From Candidatus Woesearchaeota archaeon (lineage in GTDB: Archaea; Nanobdellota; Nanobdellia; SCGC-AAA011-G17; JAFCDX01), in contig JAFCDX010000005.1 of assembly GCA_017609465.1 (NCBI GenBank), forward strand, positions 1 through 57,122: DNA of 57,122 bases, written 5' to 3'. The notes beneath the pieces are model-generated. The model was not told where the DNA came from, searched no databases, and saw only the letters and a program-made list of their open reading frames with translations. The position numbers were made by a program, and so were the translations under genes. Within the stretch, counting starts at the first letter, position 1. The number at the start of each line of letters is the position of its first letter. Below are positions 26,443-36,232 of this stretch, piece by piece.

Positions 26443-26859
26443 TTAAATTGTTTGATAAACAACCTTTCCTAATTGCGTTGAGGAAACTACATTTTTGGTG
26501 GCGCAACAAGGAAAAGTTAAAGGAGATCCACAACTTGTACTACAAACTTCTTCTCCAGAAGGACAATAATAATTGTCAGCTTTTGCTCCATTAGTATAAT
26601 ATTCACATTTTATATCTGTATCAGAGATAAAATAAGAACCATCACATGTTGATTTACAATCATAATAATCTCCAGTTTGTAATGCTCGTTTCCATACATA
26701 TAAATTATCTGTAGCACTTAAACCAACTTCACCAAGACTATGTCCAAATGTATCAGGAGCATTAGTTCCATAACCAGAAACAAATCCTATTATCAAGAAT
26801 ATAGCTAAACATAATAAAAATATATTCAATATAAAATGTCTCTCTTTTATTTTGTTCAC
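26443..26859 (-). CDS. Cys-rich secreted or membrane-anchored protein, hypothetical
   Basis: 138 aa with an N-terminal TM/signal segment and about 10 Cys in the C-terminal half. Confidence 0.5.
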   Translation of the reverse strand: MNKIKERHFILNIFLLCLAIFLIIGFVSGYGTNAPDTFGHSLGEVGLSATDNLYVWKRALQTGDYYDCKSTCDGSYFISDTDIKCEYYTNGAKADNYYCPSGEEVCSTSCGSPLTFPCCATKNVVSSTQLGKVVYQTI

Positions 26860-26897
26860 CTCTAAAATATTTAATATTTAATTATTTATAAATCTTA

Positions 26898-27002
26898 TTA
26901 TTTGGCATCTCTTAATTTTCTCTTTTTCTTTTTGATTTTTTTACGCTGCCATTTCCATCTCATCTGGCCTTTTCTCTTCCAACGTCTAGAACTTCTTTTC
27001 AT
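26898..27002 (-). CDS. rpl41e: 50S ribosomal protein L41e (eL41)
   Basis: 34-aa ORF below the track cutoff: 'MKRSSRRWKRKGQMRWKWQRKKIKKKKRKLRDAK'. It matches the archaeal L41e pattern KRSSRRWKKKGRMRWKW, recalled from memory. Confidence 0.8.
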   Translation of the reverse strand: MKRSSRRWKRKGQMRWKWQRKKIKKKKRKLRDAK

Positions 27003-27004
27003 TT

Positions 27005-27313
27005 TTATTCTAAAATTTCAATAGCTATTTGAACCCCTTCTGGTATGGGGACTCTCATGATTTGTCTTAATGCTCTTTCATCAACACCCAAGTCAACAAG
27101 TCTTTTATGAATTCTCATTTCAAATCTGTCAAAGGAAGCTTTTCCGTCACCGCAAGGACTTTTTCTTGTTGTTAATTTTAATTTTTTTGTAGGCAAGGGT
27201 ATTGGTCCTTTTATCTTTGTGTTTGTCTTTTCAGCAATGTCTCTAATAGAACCACATATTTCATTTATCTTTTCTATATTCGCACTTGATAAGTTTATTC
27301 TTGCCTTTTGCAT
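27005..27313 (-). CDS. rps10: 30S ribosomal protein S10
   Basis: '[55 protein letters not shown]...[12 protein letters not shown]'. It lies downstream of tuf, as is usual in archaea. Confidence 0.95.
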   Translation of the reverse strand: MQKARINLSSANIEKINEICGSIRDIAEKTNTKIKGPIPLPTKKLKLTTRKSPCGDGKASFDRFEMRIHKRLVDLGVDERALRQIMRVPIPEGVQIAIEILE

Positions 27314-27376
27314 TTTAAAATTTAAGAATTTAGTTTATTTATAAAGTTATCGAATAAGAATAAAAAAAGAAAGAAA

Positions 27377-28660
27377 TTATTCCTTTTTCACGTAATCAAT
27401 GCACATTCCAGCTGCAACTGTAGTACCTGCATCTCTTATTGCAAATCTTGACATGTGTGGTATTTCTTTTTGCTTTTCTATTACTATTGGTTTTGTTGGA
27501 ACTATTTTAACAATAGCTGCATCACCATTTTTTAACATGTCCGGATTTTCCTGAACAGTTTCACCTGTTGCTGGATTGATTTTCTTCTGTAGTTCTGCAA
27601 ATCTGCATGCAATTTGCGAAGTGTGTATGTGGAATACAGGTGTGTACCCAACAGTCAATACACTTGGGTGATTTAATACAACAATCTGTGCTGTAAATTC
27701 TTTTACAACTGTTGGTGGATTATCAACATGACCCAATACATCTCCTCTTGCAATATCCTTTTTACCAATACCTCTAACATTAAATCCAACATTGTCTCCT
27801 GGTTCAGCTTGCTGCAATTGTTCATGATGCATTTCAATAGACTTTACTTCACCAGTTACTCCTTTACCTTCTCTTGCAGGAACAATAATAACTTTGTCCC
27901 CTATTTTCATAATTCCTGTTTCAACTCTTCCAACAGGAACTACTCCTATACCTTGTATGTTATATACATCCTGAATAGGCATTCTCAATGGTAAATCTGT
28001 TGGTTTTTCTGGCTCTTTGAAATTATCCAATTGTTCTATTAATGTTGGTCCATTATACCATGACATATTTTCTGATTTATTAACAACATTGTCTCCTTTA
28101 AGTGCACTTAAAGGAATGAATTCAATTTCTTCTGGCTTGTATTGAACGCTTTTTAACAATTCCTGAACTTGTTTTTTTACATCTTCATATTTGCTTTGGT
28201 CATAGTTAATAGCATCCATTTTGTTAACTACAACTGCCAATTGTGTAACCCCTAAAGTTTTACATAAGAATACATGTTCTTTAGTTTGTTCTTTAATACC
28301 TTCTGAAGCAGCAACAACCAAAATACCTATATCTGCTTGTGAAGCACCAGTAATCATGTTTTTAATAAAGTCTCTGTGTCCTGGGGCATCAATAATTGTG
28401 TACTCATATTTTTTTGTTGTGAATTTCTTGTGAGAAAGATCTATTGTAACTCCTCTTTCTCTTTCTTCTTTAAGATTATCCATTACAAAAGCAAATTCAA
28501 ATCCTGCTTTTCCTAATTCTTGAGCTTTATCTTTTAATTTTCTCAATGCTTGCTCATCCATATTTCCTGAGTCAAATAATAGTCTTCCGACTGTAGTAGA
28601 TTTACCATGATCCACATGGCCTACAAATACAATATTAAGGTGTGGTTTTTCTCTTGCCAT
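27377..28660 (-). CDS. tuf: translation elongation factor EF-1 alpha
   Basis: '[15 protein letters not shown]', 'DAPGHRDF' and 'NKMD'; 427 aa. Confidence 0.97.
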   Translation of the reverse strand: MAREKPHLNIVFVGHVDHGKSTTVGRLLFDSGNMDEQALRKLKDKAQELGKAGFEFAFVMDNLKEERERGVTIDLSHKKFTTKKYEYTIIDAPGHRDFIKNMITGASQADIGILVVAASEGIKEQTKEHVFLCKTLGVTQLAVVVNKMDAINYDQSKYEDVKKQVQELLKSVQYKPEEIEFIPLSALKGDNVVNKSENMSWYNGPTLIEQLDNFKEPEKPTDLPLRMPIQDVYNIQGIGVVPVGRVETGIMKIGDKVIIVPAREGKGVTGEVKSIEMHHEQLQQAEPGDNVGFNVRGIGKKDIARGDVLGHVDNPPTVVKEFTAQIVVLNHPSVLTVGYTPVFHIHTSQIACRFAELQKKINPATGETVQENPDMLKNGDAAIVKIVPTKPIVIEKQKEIPHMSRFAIRDAGTTVAAGMCIDYVKKE

Positions 28661-28706
28661 TTTTTATTTCTCCTTTATGATAATAAAAATTAGTGAATAA
28701 AGGTTA

Positions 28707-28714
28707 TTTATAAA
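28707..28714 (-). promoter_or_regulatory. TATA box upstream of tuf
   Basis: 'ggttatttataaatct' lies ~50 nt upstream of the ATG. GGAG lies 9 nt upstream of the ATG. Confidence 0.5.
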
Positions 28715-28784
28715 TCTTACTGTTTTGAATTTTTTGATTTGAAAACATTTATATAATAGAAAAAACTAGATAGTAAATAAGGTG

Positions 28785-29642
28785 ATGAAGATTATAATAG
28801 AGTGTTCTGGTGCAAAACATATAACAAGAAAAATAGCCAAAAAAGCAAAAAAGCCTTATTCTAAATTAGAGATTAAAAAATTTCCTGACAATGAGATAGA
28901 TATAAGATTCTCAAAAAATATTTACAAAAAAAATATAATATTTGTTCAGTCTTTTTACGACAACTTAAATGAAAAAATAATAGAAACTTTGTTTGCTGGA
29001 CATACTGCAAAAGATCTTCATGCAAGGAAAGTAAATTTAATAGCTTTGTATTTCCCGTATTTAAGGAAAGATAAGAGATTCAAATCGAACGAATGCATAA
29101 GCGCAGAGGTAATGGGAAAATTATTTTCTGTTTTTGACAGGATATATATTGTAGAACCTCATTTACATAGAATTAAAAACATAAATAAATTGTTTTCAAA
29201 AGGAAAAAGAGTAACTGTTGTATCTGATATTGTCGATTATGTTAAAAAAATAAGGAATCCTGTTCTGATAGGACCTGATATGGAAAGTATGCAATGGGCA
29301 GATTCTGTTGCAAAACTCTTAAACAAAAAGGCTCATGTTTTAAGAAAAAAAAGATTATCTTCAAGAAAAGTAAAGATAAAAGTCCCTAAAATAGATATCA
29401 AAAACAGGAATATTGTAGTAATAGATGATATAATAAGCACAGGACATACTATGCTTGAGACCGTTAAAGGATTAAAGAAATTAGAACCAAAGAGAATTTA
29501 TTGCATATGCTTTCATGGTATTTTTGTTGAAAATGCTTTGGAGAAATTAAAAAAACACGCCGAGGTAATTTCATGCAACACTATACCAAATAAAGTATCA
29601 AAGATAGATATTTCAAAAACAATTGCAGAGGAGATAAAATGA
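28785..29642 (+). CDS. prs: ribose-phosphate pyrophosphokinase (PRPP synthase)
   Basis: PRPP-binding loop 'VVIDDIISTGHTM'; about 285 aa. Confidence 0.85.
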   Translation: MKIIIECSGAKHITRKIAKKAKKPYSKLEIKKFPDNEIDIRFSKNIYKKNIIFVQSFYDNLNEKIIETLFAGHTAKDLHARKVNLIALYFPYLRKDKRFKSNECISAEVMGKLFSVFDRIYIVEPHLHRIKNINKLFSKGKRVTVVSDIVDYVKKIRNPVLIGPDMESMQWADSVAKLLNKKAHVLRKKRLSSRKVKIKVPKIDIKNRNIVVIDDIISTGHTMLETVKGLKKLEPKRIYCICFHGIFVENALEKLKKHAEVISCNTIPNKVSKIDISKTIAEEIK

Positions 29643-30061
29643 TATACATAGCAAGCGACCATGCTGGTTTTAAATTAAAGGAGAAAATAAAAAAATATTT
29701 AATAAGAAATAATTATGATTTCAAGAATCTCGGCGCTTATAAGTATGATAAAAAAGATGATTATCCGGATTATGCAAGAAAAGTTTGTGAATCTATTTTG
29801 AATAAAAAAGGAATTGGCATTTTGGTTTGTGGTACTGGGCAAGGGATGTGTATAACAGCCAACAAATTCAAAAAAATAATTGCTGCATTGGCTTGGGATG
29901 TAAAAACTGCAAGGCATGCAAAAGAGCATTTGAATGCTGACATTTTATGTCTCCCGGGATATTTGAAAGATTATGAAAAAGTCTTGGACGCTTTTCTAAA
30001 ATCAAAATTTAGGAAAGCAGAAAGACACAAAAGAAGATTAAAAAAAATAAAAAAAATATGA
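29639..30061 (+). CDS. rpiB: ribose-5-phosphate isomerase B
   Basis: 'IYIASDHAGFKLKEKI' and 'GILVCGTGQGMCITANK'. Confidence 0.85.
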   Translation: MIYIASDHAGFKLKEKIKKYLIRNNYDFKNLGAYKYDKKDDYPDYARKVCESILNKKGIGILVCGTGQGMCITANKFKKIIAALAWDVKTARHAKEHLNADILCLPGYLKDYEKVLDAFLKSKFRKAERHKRRLKKIKKI

Positions 30062-30675
30062 AACTGCAAGTAGCTCTGGATTTAGCAAACAAGAAAGATG
30101 CATTAAGCATGTGCAGGAAAATAAAAAATCATGTTGATATAATAGAACTAGGTACTCCTTTGATAAAACAGGAAGGTTTGAAAATAATCAAAAAGTTCAT
30201 GAAATTCAAAAAGCCAATAGTTGCAGACCTTAAGACAATGGATACTGGTTTTTTTGAAGCTGAAATGGCATTTAATAATGGGGCGGATATATCAAGCGTG
30301 TGTGGTGTTTCTGATTTAAGCACAATAAAAGGAGCCATAAAGTCTGCAAGAAAACATAGGAAAAAAATAATTGTTGATTTGATAAATTTAAGGGATATTA
30401 AAAAAATAAAGCAAATAATAAAACTAAATCCATCTTACATTGGAGTTCACACTGGAATAGATATGCAGAAAAAAGGACAAACGCCCATGAATTCACTAAA
30501 TTGGATTTCAAAATTAATTGATAATAAAAAAATAGCTGTTGCCGGAGGAATTAACTTAAAGAACATTGATAATATAGTAAAATACAATCCAGAAATTGTT
30601 ATTGTTGGTTCTGCAATAACAAAAAGCAAAGATCCTGGAAAAATTGCCGAAAGATTAAAGAAAAAGTTAAAATGA
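30058..30675 (+). CDS. hxlA: 3-hexulose-6-phosphate synthase
   Basis: 'MKLQVALDL' and 'VADLKTMDTG'. Confidence 0.85.
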   Translation: MKLQVALDLANKKDALSMCRKIKNHVDIIELGTPLIKQEGLKIIKKFMKFKKPIVADLKTMDTGFFEAEMAFNNGADISSVCGVSDLSTIKGAIKSARKHRKKIIVDLINLRDIKKIKQIIKLNPSYIGVHTGIDMQKKGQTPMNSLNWISKLIDNKKIAVAGGINLKNIDNIVKYNPEIVIVGSAITKSKDPGKIAERLKKKLK

Positions 30676-31250
30676 AAAAAATAAGAAAAAAATTAAAGTA
30701 TTTGAAGATTAAGATTTTATTAAAATTAGTAGAGAAAGAGATAAAGGATGTTCTTGATACAATAAATGAGAAAAATACAAACAAATTAATTTCTTTAATA
30801 GAAAGTAAGAAAAATATTTTCTTAACCGGACAAGGTAGATCAGGACTTGTTGCTGAAGCGTTCGGTATGAGATTAATGCAGCTTGGTTTTAATGTATATA
30901 TAGCTGGAGAAGCAACGACACCTTCAATAACAAAAAGTGATTTGTTAATCGCGATTTCAGGCTCTGGAAAAACAAAAATAACAGAAGATATAGTTAATGA
31001 AGCAAAAAACAAAAACACAAAAATAGTTTTAATAACAGCAAATAAAAATTCTCCAATAGCAAAAAAATCCGCTTTAACTATAGAAATAAATGCAAGAACA
31101 AAAACAAACAATAAAAAATCCATTGAGCCTCTTGGAAGCTTGTTTGAGCAGTCGGCATTTATTTATCTGGATTCTGTAATTATATTGCTGATGAAAAAAA
31201 CAAAAAAGAAAGAAAAATATCTCAGAAAAAAGCATGCAAATTTAGAATGA
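30672..31250 (+). CDS. hxlB: 6-phospho-3-hexuloisomerase (SIS domain)
   Basis: 'FLTGQGRSGLVAEAFGMRLMQLGF' and 'ISGSGKT'. Confidence 0.85.
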   Translation: MKKIRKKLKYLKIKILLKLVEKEIKDVLDTINEKNTNKLISLIESKKNIFLTGQGRSGLVAEAFGMRLMQLGFNVYIAGEATTPSITKSDLLIAISGSGKTKITEDIVNEAKNKNTKIVLITANKNSPIAKKSALTIEINARTKTNNKKSIEPLGSLFEQSAFIYLDSVIILLMKKTKKKEKYLRKKHANLE

Positions 31251-31723
31251 AAAATATAATAAAACATTGCAAGAATTTAGAGAAAAAATATGATGAAAAA
31301 GTAATAAGGACCTTAAAAGATATGAAAAAATATTATGATAAAAAAGAAGTCAAAAAAATACTTAAAAGAAAAAATCCGGTTATATACAAGGTTTATATCA
31401 AAAAGTTTGAAGATGTTTATTGCGGATTAACAGTCGTAAACAATGGTACAATAGGGAAAAAATATTATCACACAAAAGGGCACAAGCATAAAAAACCATC
31501 AAGAGAGATTTATATTTTACTTGAGGGAAAAGGTAAATTAATGTTACAAAATAAAAATTCAAGAATTATAACTCTTAAGAAAAATAAGAGAACAATGGTT
31601 CAAAAAAATTACGCACACAGATTGGTTAATATAGGAAGTAAAAAATTAAAGGTTCTTGCAATATATGATCCAAAAGCAGGGCATAATTATAAGGTAAAAT
31701 TCAAAAATGAAATACATAAATAA
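31247..31723 (+). CDS. pgiA: cupin-type glucose-6-phosphate isomerase
   Basis: 'TKGHKHKKPSREIYILLEGKGKLMLQ', 'YAHRLVNIG' and 'LAIYDPKAGHNY' match the Thermococcales-type cPGI signature. Confidence 0.8.
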   Translation: MKNIIKHCKNLEKKYDEKVIRTLKDMKKYYDKKEVKKILKRKNPVIYKVYIKKFEDVYCGLTVVNNGTIGKKYYHTKGHKHKKPSREIYILLEGKGKLMLQNKNSRIITLKKNKRTMVQKNYAHRLVNIGSKKLKVLAIYDPKAGHNYKVKFKNEIHK

Positions 31724-32834
31724 AAGCAAAAAAATATTAAATGATTTACAATTAAAAAACGGAGGTATTTTAGCAACCCCCATTAATGGTGCTTATCCTT
31801 ATGTTTATACAAGGGACGCGGTTATAATCACGAAGGCATTAAACAAATTAAAGATGCATAAAAAATCTAAAAAATTTTATAATTTTATAAATAAATTTTC
31901 AAATTTAGATCAATATGGAGAGATATTTCATAGATATAATAAGGATGGATTGCCATGTGTTACAAGAAAACATGAACATGATAACCCCGGATTAGTATTG
32001 CATGGGATTTATGATACATATTTATGCGATAGGGATGAGAATTTTTTGCAAAATATGTGGCCTTTGATCGAAAAGGCAGTTGAAGAAATATTTTCTTTTT
32101 CAAAAAATAATTTAATAAGGACGGAAAGAAGCATTCATGAATTTTACAGATTGGAAAATGGGTATGAAATATGGGCAAATTCTTCTTGTATAAGGGGTCT
32201 TTATGATGCTGCCGAAATGGCAAAAGTTCTTAATCACAAAAAAGGTTATGATAAATGGAGATCAAAAGCAAAGAAAATAGAGGATAATATGAAGAAAAAA
32301 CTATTTTATAAGAAATTGGGTATATTCATAAAAAATACAAAATATCCAAATACTCTGGATATTTCTCAATTGGCTCCTTTTTATTTTGATTTAGTTGATA
32401 ATAAGAAAGTTCTACAAAAAACTATGAAATATTTAAACAAGCATATATGGAATAAGGAAATAGGAGGTTTTAGGAGATTTAGAAAATTTGAAGTATGTAA
32501 AGATTGGCACTGGTACACAGGAGGTAGTGGTTCGTGGTGTGTTTTTACAGCGTGGGGTGCACGTTTTTATAGAAAATTAAATGATAAGAAAAATTACAAT
32601 GAATGCATGAGTTGGTTGGAAAAAACCGCTAAAAGAACCAATGGATTATTGCCTGAGCATGTTGCAACAAAAGATGAATATGATATGTGGAAAATGCATG
32701 AAACAGAATTTAACAGAAGAATAATAAGCGGAATTAAAGCGTCTGAAGAACTAGCTAAAAAATTAAAGGATGATGTTATTTATTGGGCAACTCCACTAGG
32801 CTGGAGCCATGCCGAGTATATTTTGTTAAAATGA
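31707..32834 (+). CDS. glycoside hydrolase family 15 (glucoamylase-like)
   Basis: 'YPYVYTRDAVII' and C-terminal 'GWSHAEYILL'. Confidence 0.75.
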   Translation: MKYINKSKKILNDLQLKNGGILATPINGAYPYVYTRDAVIITKALNKLKMHKKSKKFYNFINKFSNLDQYGEIFHRYNKDGLPCVTRKHEHDNPGLVLHGIYDTYLCDRDENFLQNMWPLIEKAVEEIFSFSKNNLIRTERSIHEFYRLENGYEIWANSSCIRGLYDAAEMAKVLNHKKGYDKWRSKAKKIEDNMKKKLFYKKLGIFIKNTKYPNTLDISQLAPFYFDLVDNKKVLQKTMKYLNKHIWNKEIGGFRRFRKFEVCKDWHWYTGGSGSWCVFTAWGARFYRKLNDKKNYNECMSWLEKTAKRTNGLLPEHVATKDEYDMWKMHETEFNRRIISGIKASEELAKKLKDDVIYWATPLGWSHAEYILLK

Positions 32835-33709
32835 AATACATGATAGGAGTGGATTTAGGAGGAACAAAGATAAATACTGTTCTGATAGATAAAAAAGGGA
32901 AAGTAATAAAAAAAATAAAATATCCCACTGGAAAAGGAAAAAATAATATATTAAAAAAAATCCTAGTAAGTATCGAATTTGTTTCTAATAATATGAATAA
33001 GAAAGATATTTTGGGAATCGGTATTGGAGTTCCAGGTGTTTTAAGAAATGAAAAAATAATAAAGCTTCCAAACATAAAAGGGTTTGAGAATTTTGATATT
33101 AAAAATTATTTAAGCAATAAATTAAAAATGAAGATTAAAGTAGAAAATGACAGCATTTGCATGGCTCTTGGAGAGTTTGTTTTTGGTAATGGAAAGAACT
33201 TTAATAATTTAGTATGCGTTACTTTGGGCACTGGCGTTGGAGGGGGAATAATAATAAATAAAAAAATATACAGAGGTCAGGGGAAAGCTTCTGAATTCGG
33301 GCATATAACAATTGAAAGAGAAGGATTAAAATGCAGATGCGAAAACAAAGGGTGTTTAGAAGAATATATATCTGTAAGAGCAATAAAAAGAATTGCAAAA
33401 AAATTGAAAATAAGAGAAGATAATATTATAAAAATTCAGGAGAATGCTAAAAAAGGAAATTCTTTATGCAAAAAAGTTTATGATATTGCAGGTACAAGTT
33501 TAGGAATAGGTCTTTCTGATATTGTAAAAATTTTAGATCCAGAATTGATATTGTTAGGAGGAGGGATTTCAAATTCAGGAAATCTTATTTTGAAGCCAGC
33601 AGTAAATGAAATGAAAAAAAGAATTTATTTTAAAATACCTAGAGTTAAAATCGTCAAGCTAAAAGACAATGCTGGGGCAATTGGTGCTGCTTGTTTATTT
33701 TTAAAATAA
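32831..33709 (+). CDS. glk: ROK-family glucokinase
   Basis: 'IGVDLGGTKI', 'GTGVGGGIIIN' and 'EFGHITIEREGLKCRCENKGCLEEY'. Start set at the ATG that overlaps the GH15 stop. Confidence 0.8.
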   Translation: MKYMIGVDLGGTKINTVLIDKKGKVIKKIKYPTGKGKNNILKKILVSIEFVSNNMNKKDILGIGIGVPGVLRNEKIIKLPNIKGFENFDIKNYLSNKLKMKIKVENDSICMALGEFVFGNGKNFNNLVCVTLGTGVGGGIIINKKIYRGQGKASEFGHITIEREGLKCRCENKGCLEEYISVRAIKRIAKKLKIREDNIIKIQENAKKGNSLCKKVYDIAGTSLGIGLSDIVKILDPELILLGGGISNSGNLILKPAVNEMKKRIYFKIPRVKIVKLKDNAGAIGAACLFLK

Positions 33710-33711
33710 AA

Positions 33712-35865
33712 TTAATTTAAACCTTTTCTTTGCTTAATTTTTGAAATAACTTTTTCCTGCAAGTCAGCTGGAAGTTTCTCAAATATCTGGTCAACAACAA
33801 AATAAACCCCTCTTCCGCCAGTTGCACTTCTCAAATCAGAGCTTAATCCAAACATTTCAGCAACAGGAAGTTTTGCCTTAACAGTTATTCTTGCCTCCTC
33901 CTGATTCATGTCAAGCAATTGACCTCTCTTGTTTTGTATTAATTTTGATATTTCTCCAAGATAATCTGCTGGAGCTTCTATTTGTAATACTTGCAATGGC
34001 TCATACATTGTTACTTTTGCATTCATCATTGCTTCCTTTAATGCATCTCTTACTGCAGGTAATACTTGTGCAGGACCTCTGTGAATAGCATCTTCGTGTA
34101 ATTTTGTATCCATCAAATCAACCCTCATTTTCATTCCTGGCTCTCTCGCCAATGGTCCATTTTTCATAACCTGTTCAAACGCTTCCATTACCATTTCAAT
34201 AACTTCGCCTATGTGAACAATACCTCTTGTGCTGTCAACCAGTATGTTTCCATTAAATACTTCTCTAACGCTTTTTGATTCCTTTGTATCATAACCAAGT
34301 TCTGCAAATTTCTTTATTGTATCTTCATCTTTTTTCTTAATCTTTCCTTCTGGAATTTCTCCTTTTTTAATAGCATCATATACATTATCTTCCAAAGGTC
34401 TTACCTTTAAGAAGAATTTATTGTGCTTGTTTGGAGATTTTCCTTCAATAACATCAGATTCTTTTTGCACTGTTTCACGATAGACAACTATTGGGTCGGA
34501 AGTTTTTATTTCAAGATTCTTTTCAGTTTTAATCCTGTTTTCAATAACTTCCAAATGCAGTTCCCCCATACCTGAAATTAAATTCTCTCCTGTCTCTTCA
34601 TTGATTTCAACAAATAAAGTAGGATCTTCTTTGTTGACTTGCTTAAGAATTTCAATTAATTTTGGCAAGTCAGATGCTTTTGTTGCTTCTATGGATTTTG
34701 TAACAACAGGTTCAAAAATATGTTTTATTGCTTCAAAAGGCTCCATCTCAACAGTGGAAATTGTTTCTCCTGCAAAAGTATCTTTAAGACCCACAATACC
34801 TATTATGTTTCCTGCTGGAGCTTCATCAACTTGTATTCTTTGTGCCCCTTTGTAAATATTAACCTGCTGAATTCTAACATTTTTCTTGGCCATGTTCATC
34901 CAGACTTCCTGTCCTTGCTTTATTGTTCCTGAGAATAATCTTCCTGCAGCAACTTCTCCTGCATGCTTGTCAACAACAATTTTCGTGCATACAAATGCCA
35001 AAGGTCCGTTGGGATTGCAACTTACCAATGATTTTCCTATTTCAGAATCTTTTTCACCGTGCCATATTCTTGGAATTCTATATTCTTGTGCATTGATTGG
35101 GTTTGGATGATGCTTAACAACCATATCAAGAACAACTTTATGCAATGGAGCTTTTTTTGCTAATTCCTTGTAATTGTTATTTTCATAAGCCTCAATTACA
35201 TCCTTGAATGTTATGTTGTTTTTTTTCATGTAATCAAAACTTAGAGCCCAATTGTGGAATGCAGAACCAAATGCAACGCTTCCTTCTTGAACAGAAACCT
35301 GCCATGATTCTTTGCAATCCTTTGGTGCCATTTGTTTTATGAATTTGTTTATGTTATCAATTATTTTTACAAAACGTTCCTGCATCTGCTCTGGAGTTAA
35401 TTTTACTTCTTTTATCAGTCTGTCAACCTTGTTTATGAATAATACTGGTTTTACCATTTCTTTTAATGCTTGTCTTAGAACTGTTTCTGTCTGTGGCATT
35501 ATTCCTTCAACGGCACAACACAAAACTATTGCACCATCAACAGCCCTCATTGCTCTTGTAACATCTCCTCCAAAATCAACATGCCCGGGAGTGTCAATTA
35601 AATTAATCAGAAAATTTTCATTATTAACATTGTGTATCATAGATACATTGGCAGAATCTATTGTAATTCCTCTTGCTTGCTCATCTTCGTGAAAATCCAA
35701 AGCCAATTGTTTTCCTGCCAATTCTTCTGAAATCATTCCAGCACCTGCTAGTAAATTATCAGAAAAAGTTGTTTTTCCGTGATCAATATGTGCGGCAACA
35801 CCTATATTTCTGATCTTCTCCGGATTCTTCATAGCATCTCTTACTTCTGTTCCTAAATCTGCCAT
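33712..35865 (-). CDS. fusA: translation elongation factor EF-2
   Basis: 'AHIDHGKTT', 'DTPGHVDF' and the diphthamide-site context 'HEDAIHRGPAQ'; 717 aa. Confidence 0.97.
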   Translation of the reverse strand: MADLGTEVRDAMKNPEKIRNIGVAAHIDHGKTTFSDNLLAGAGMISEELAGKQLALDFHEDEQARGITIDSANVSMIHNVNNENFLINLIDTPGHVDFGGDVTRAMRAVDGAIVLCCAVEGIMPQTETVLRQALKEMVKPVLFINKVDRLIKEVKLTPEQMQERFVKIIDNINKFIKQMAPKDCKESWQVSVQEGSVAFGSAFHNWALSFDYMKKNNITFKDVIEAYENNNYKELAKKAPLHKVVLDMVVKHHPNPINAQEYRIPRIWHGEKDSEIGKSLVSCNPNGPLAFVCTKIVVDKHAGEVAAGRLFSGTIKQGQEVWMNMAKKNVRIQQVNIYKGAQRIQVDEAPAGNIIGIVGLKDTFAGETISTVEMEPFEAIKHIFEPVVTKSIEATKASDLPKLIEILKQVNKEDPTLFVEINEETGENLISGMGELHLEVIENRIKTEKNLEIKTSDPIVVYRETVQKESDVIEGKSPNKHNKFFLKVRPLEDNVYDAIKKGEIPEGKIKKKDEDTIKKFAELGYDTKESKSVREVFNGNILVDSTRGIVHIGEVIEMVMEAFEQVMKNGPLAREPGMKMRVDLMDTKLHEDAIHRGPAQVLPAVRDALKEAMMNAKVTMYEPLQVLQIEAPADYLGEISKLIQNKRGQLLDMNQEEARITVKAKLPVAEMFGLSSDLRSATGGRGVYFVVDQIFEKLPADLQEKVISKIKQRKGLN

Positions 35866-35886
35866 AAAGAAAAAGTTTTTAGCTTA

Positions 35887-35894
35887 TTTATAAA
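35887..35894 (-). promoter_or_regulatory. TATA box upstream of EF-2 (near-leaderless spacing)
   Basis: 'agcttatttataaatct' is centred ~26 nt upstream of the ATG at 35865. Confidence 0.5.
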
Positions 35895-36232
35895 TCTATT
35901 GGATATAATTTATAATAAATATAACTAATGAAAAATCTCATAAATACTATATTTTCCTTTAAAAATGGACTTTAAAAAAGATTTTCCGGAATTAAGTAAT
36001 TTGGAAAAAATTATTCCAATTGAAATAGCAACAATTAATAAGAGTTGTTTATGTTTTTGGATTTAATAAAAAAAAGAATTCAATATATTATTCTCCTTTT
36101 TGGGATGGTATTAATAAGAAATCAGATTTGAAGTTAATCGAAATTAAAGATATTAAGGAATATATAACAAATCAAGTTGTAAACCAAAATTGTTTTAGTT
36201 AATTTTATATATTTATTATAATAACATAATAT

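Noticed and set aside
33891-35692. Antisense or alternative-frame ORFs within EF-2. The same class of ORF occurs inside MinD (6220..6636), tuf (27728.., 28221..), PheRS (50473.., 51244.., 52580.., 52982..), ThrRS (40924.., 41140..), the thermosome (55317.., 55621.., 55894.., 56445..), the MTases (15517.., 16667.., 17281.., 17489.., 17821..), the TGT-like gene (12680.., 13034..) and others.
   Set aside because: They overlap strongly supported conserved genes, have low-complexity F/L/S/I-rich translations typical of AT-rich antisense frames, and carry no motifs.
35948-36223. Two short plus-strand ORF fragments ('MDFKKDFPELSNLEKIIPIEIATINKS...' and '...FGFNKKKNSIYYSPFWDGINKKSDLKLIEIKDIKEYITNQVVNQNCFS') could be one frameshifted gene upstream of the antiporter.
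   Set aside because: There are no recognisable motifs, and the fragments are short in AT-rich sequence. The evidence is too weak to call a pseudogene.
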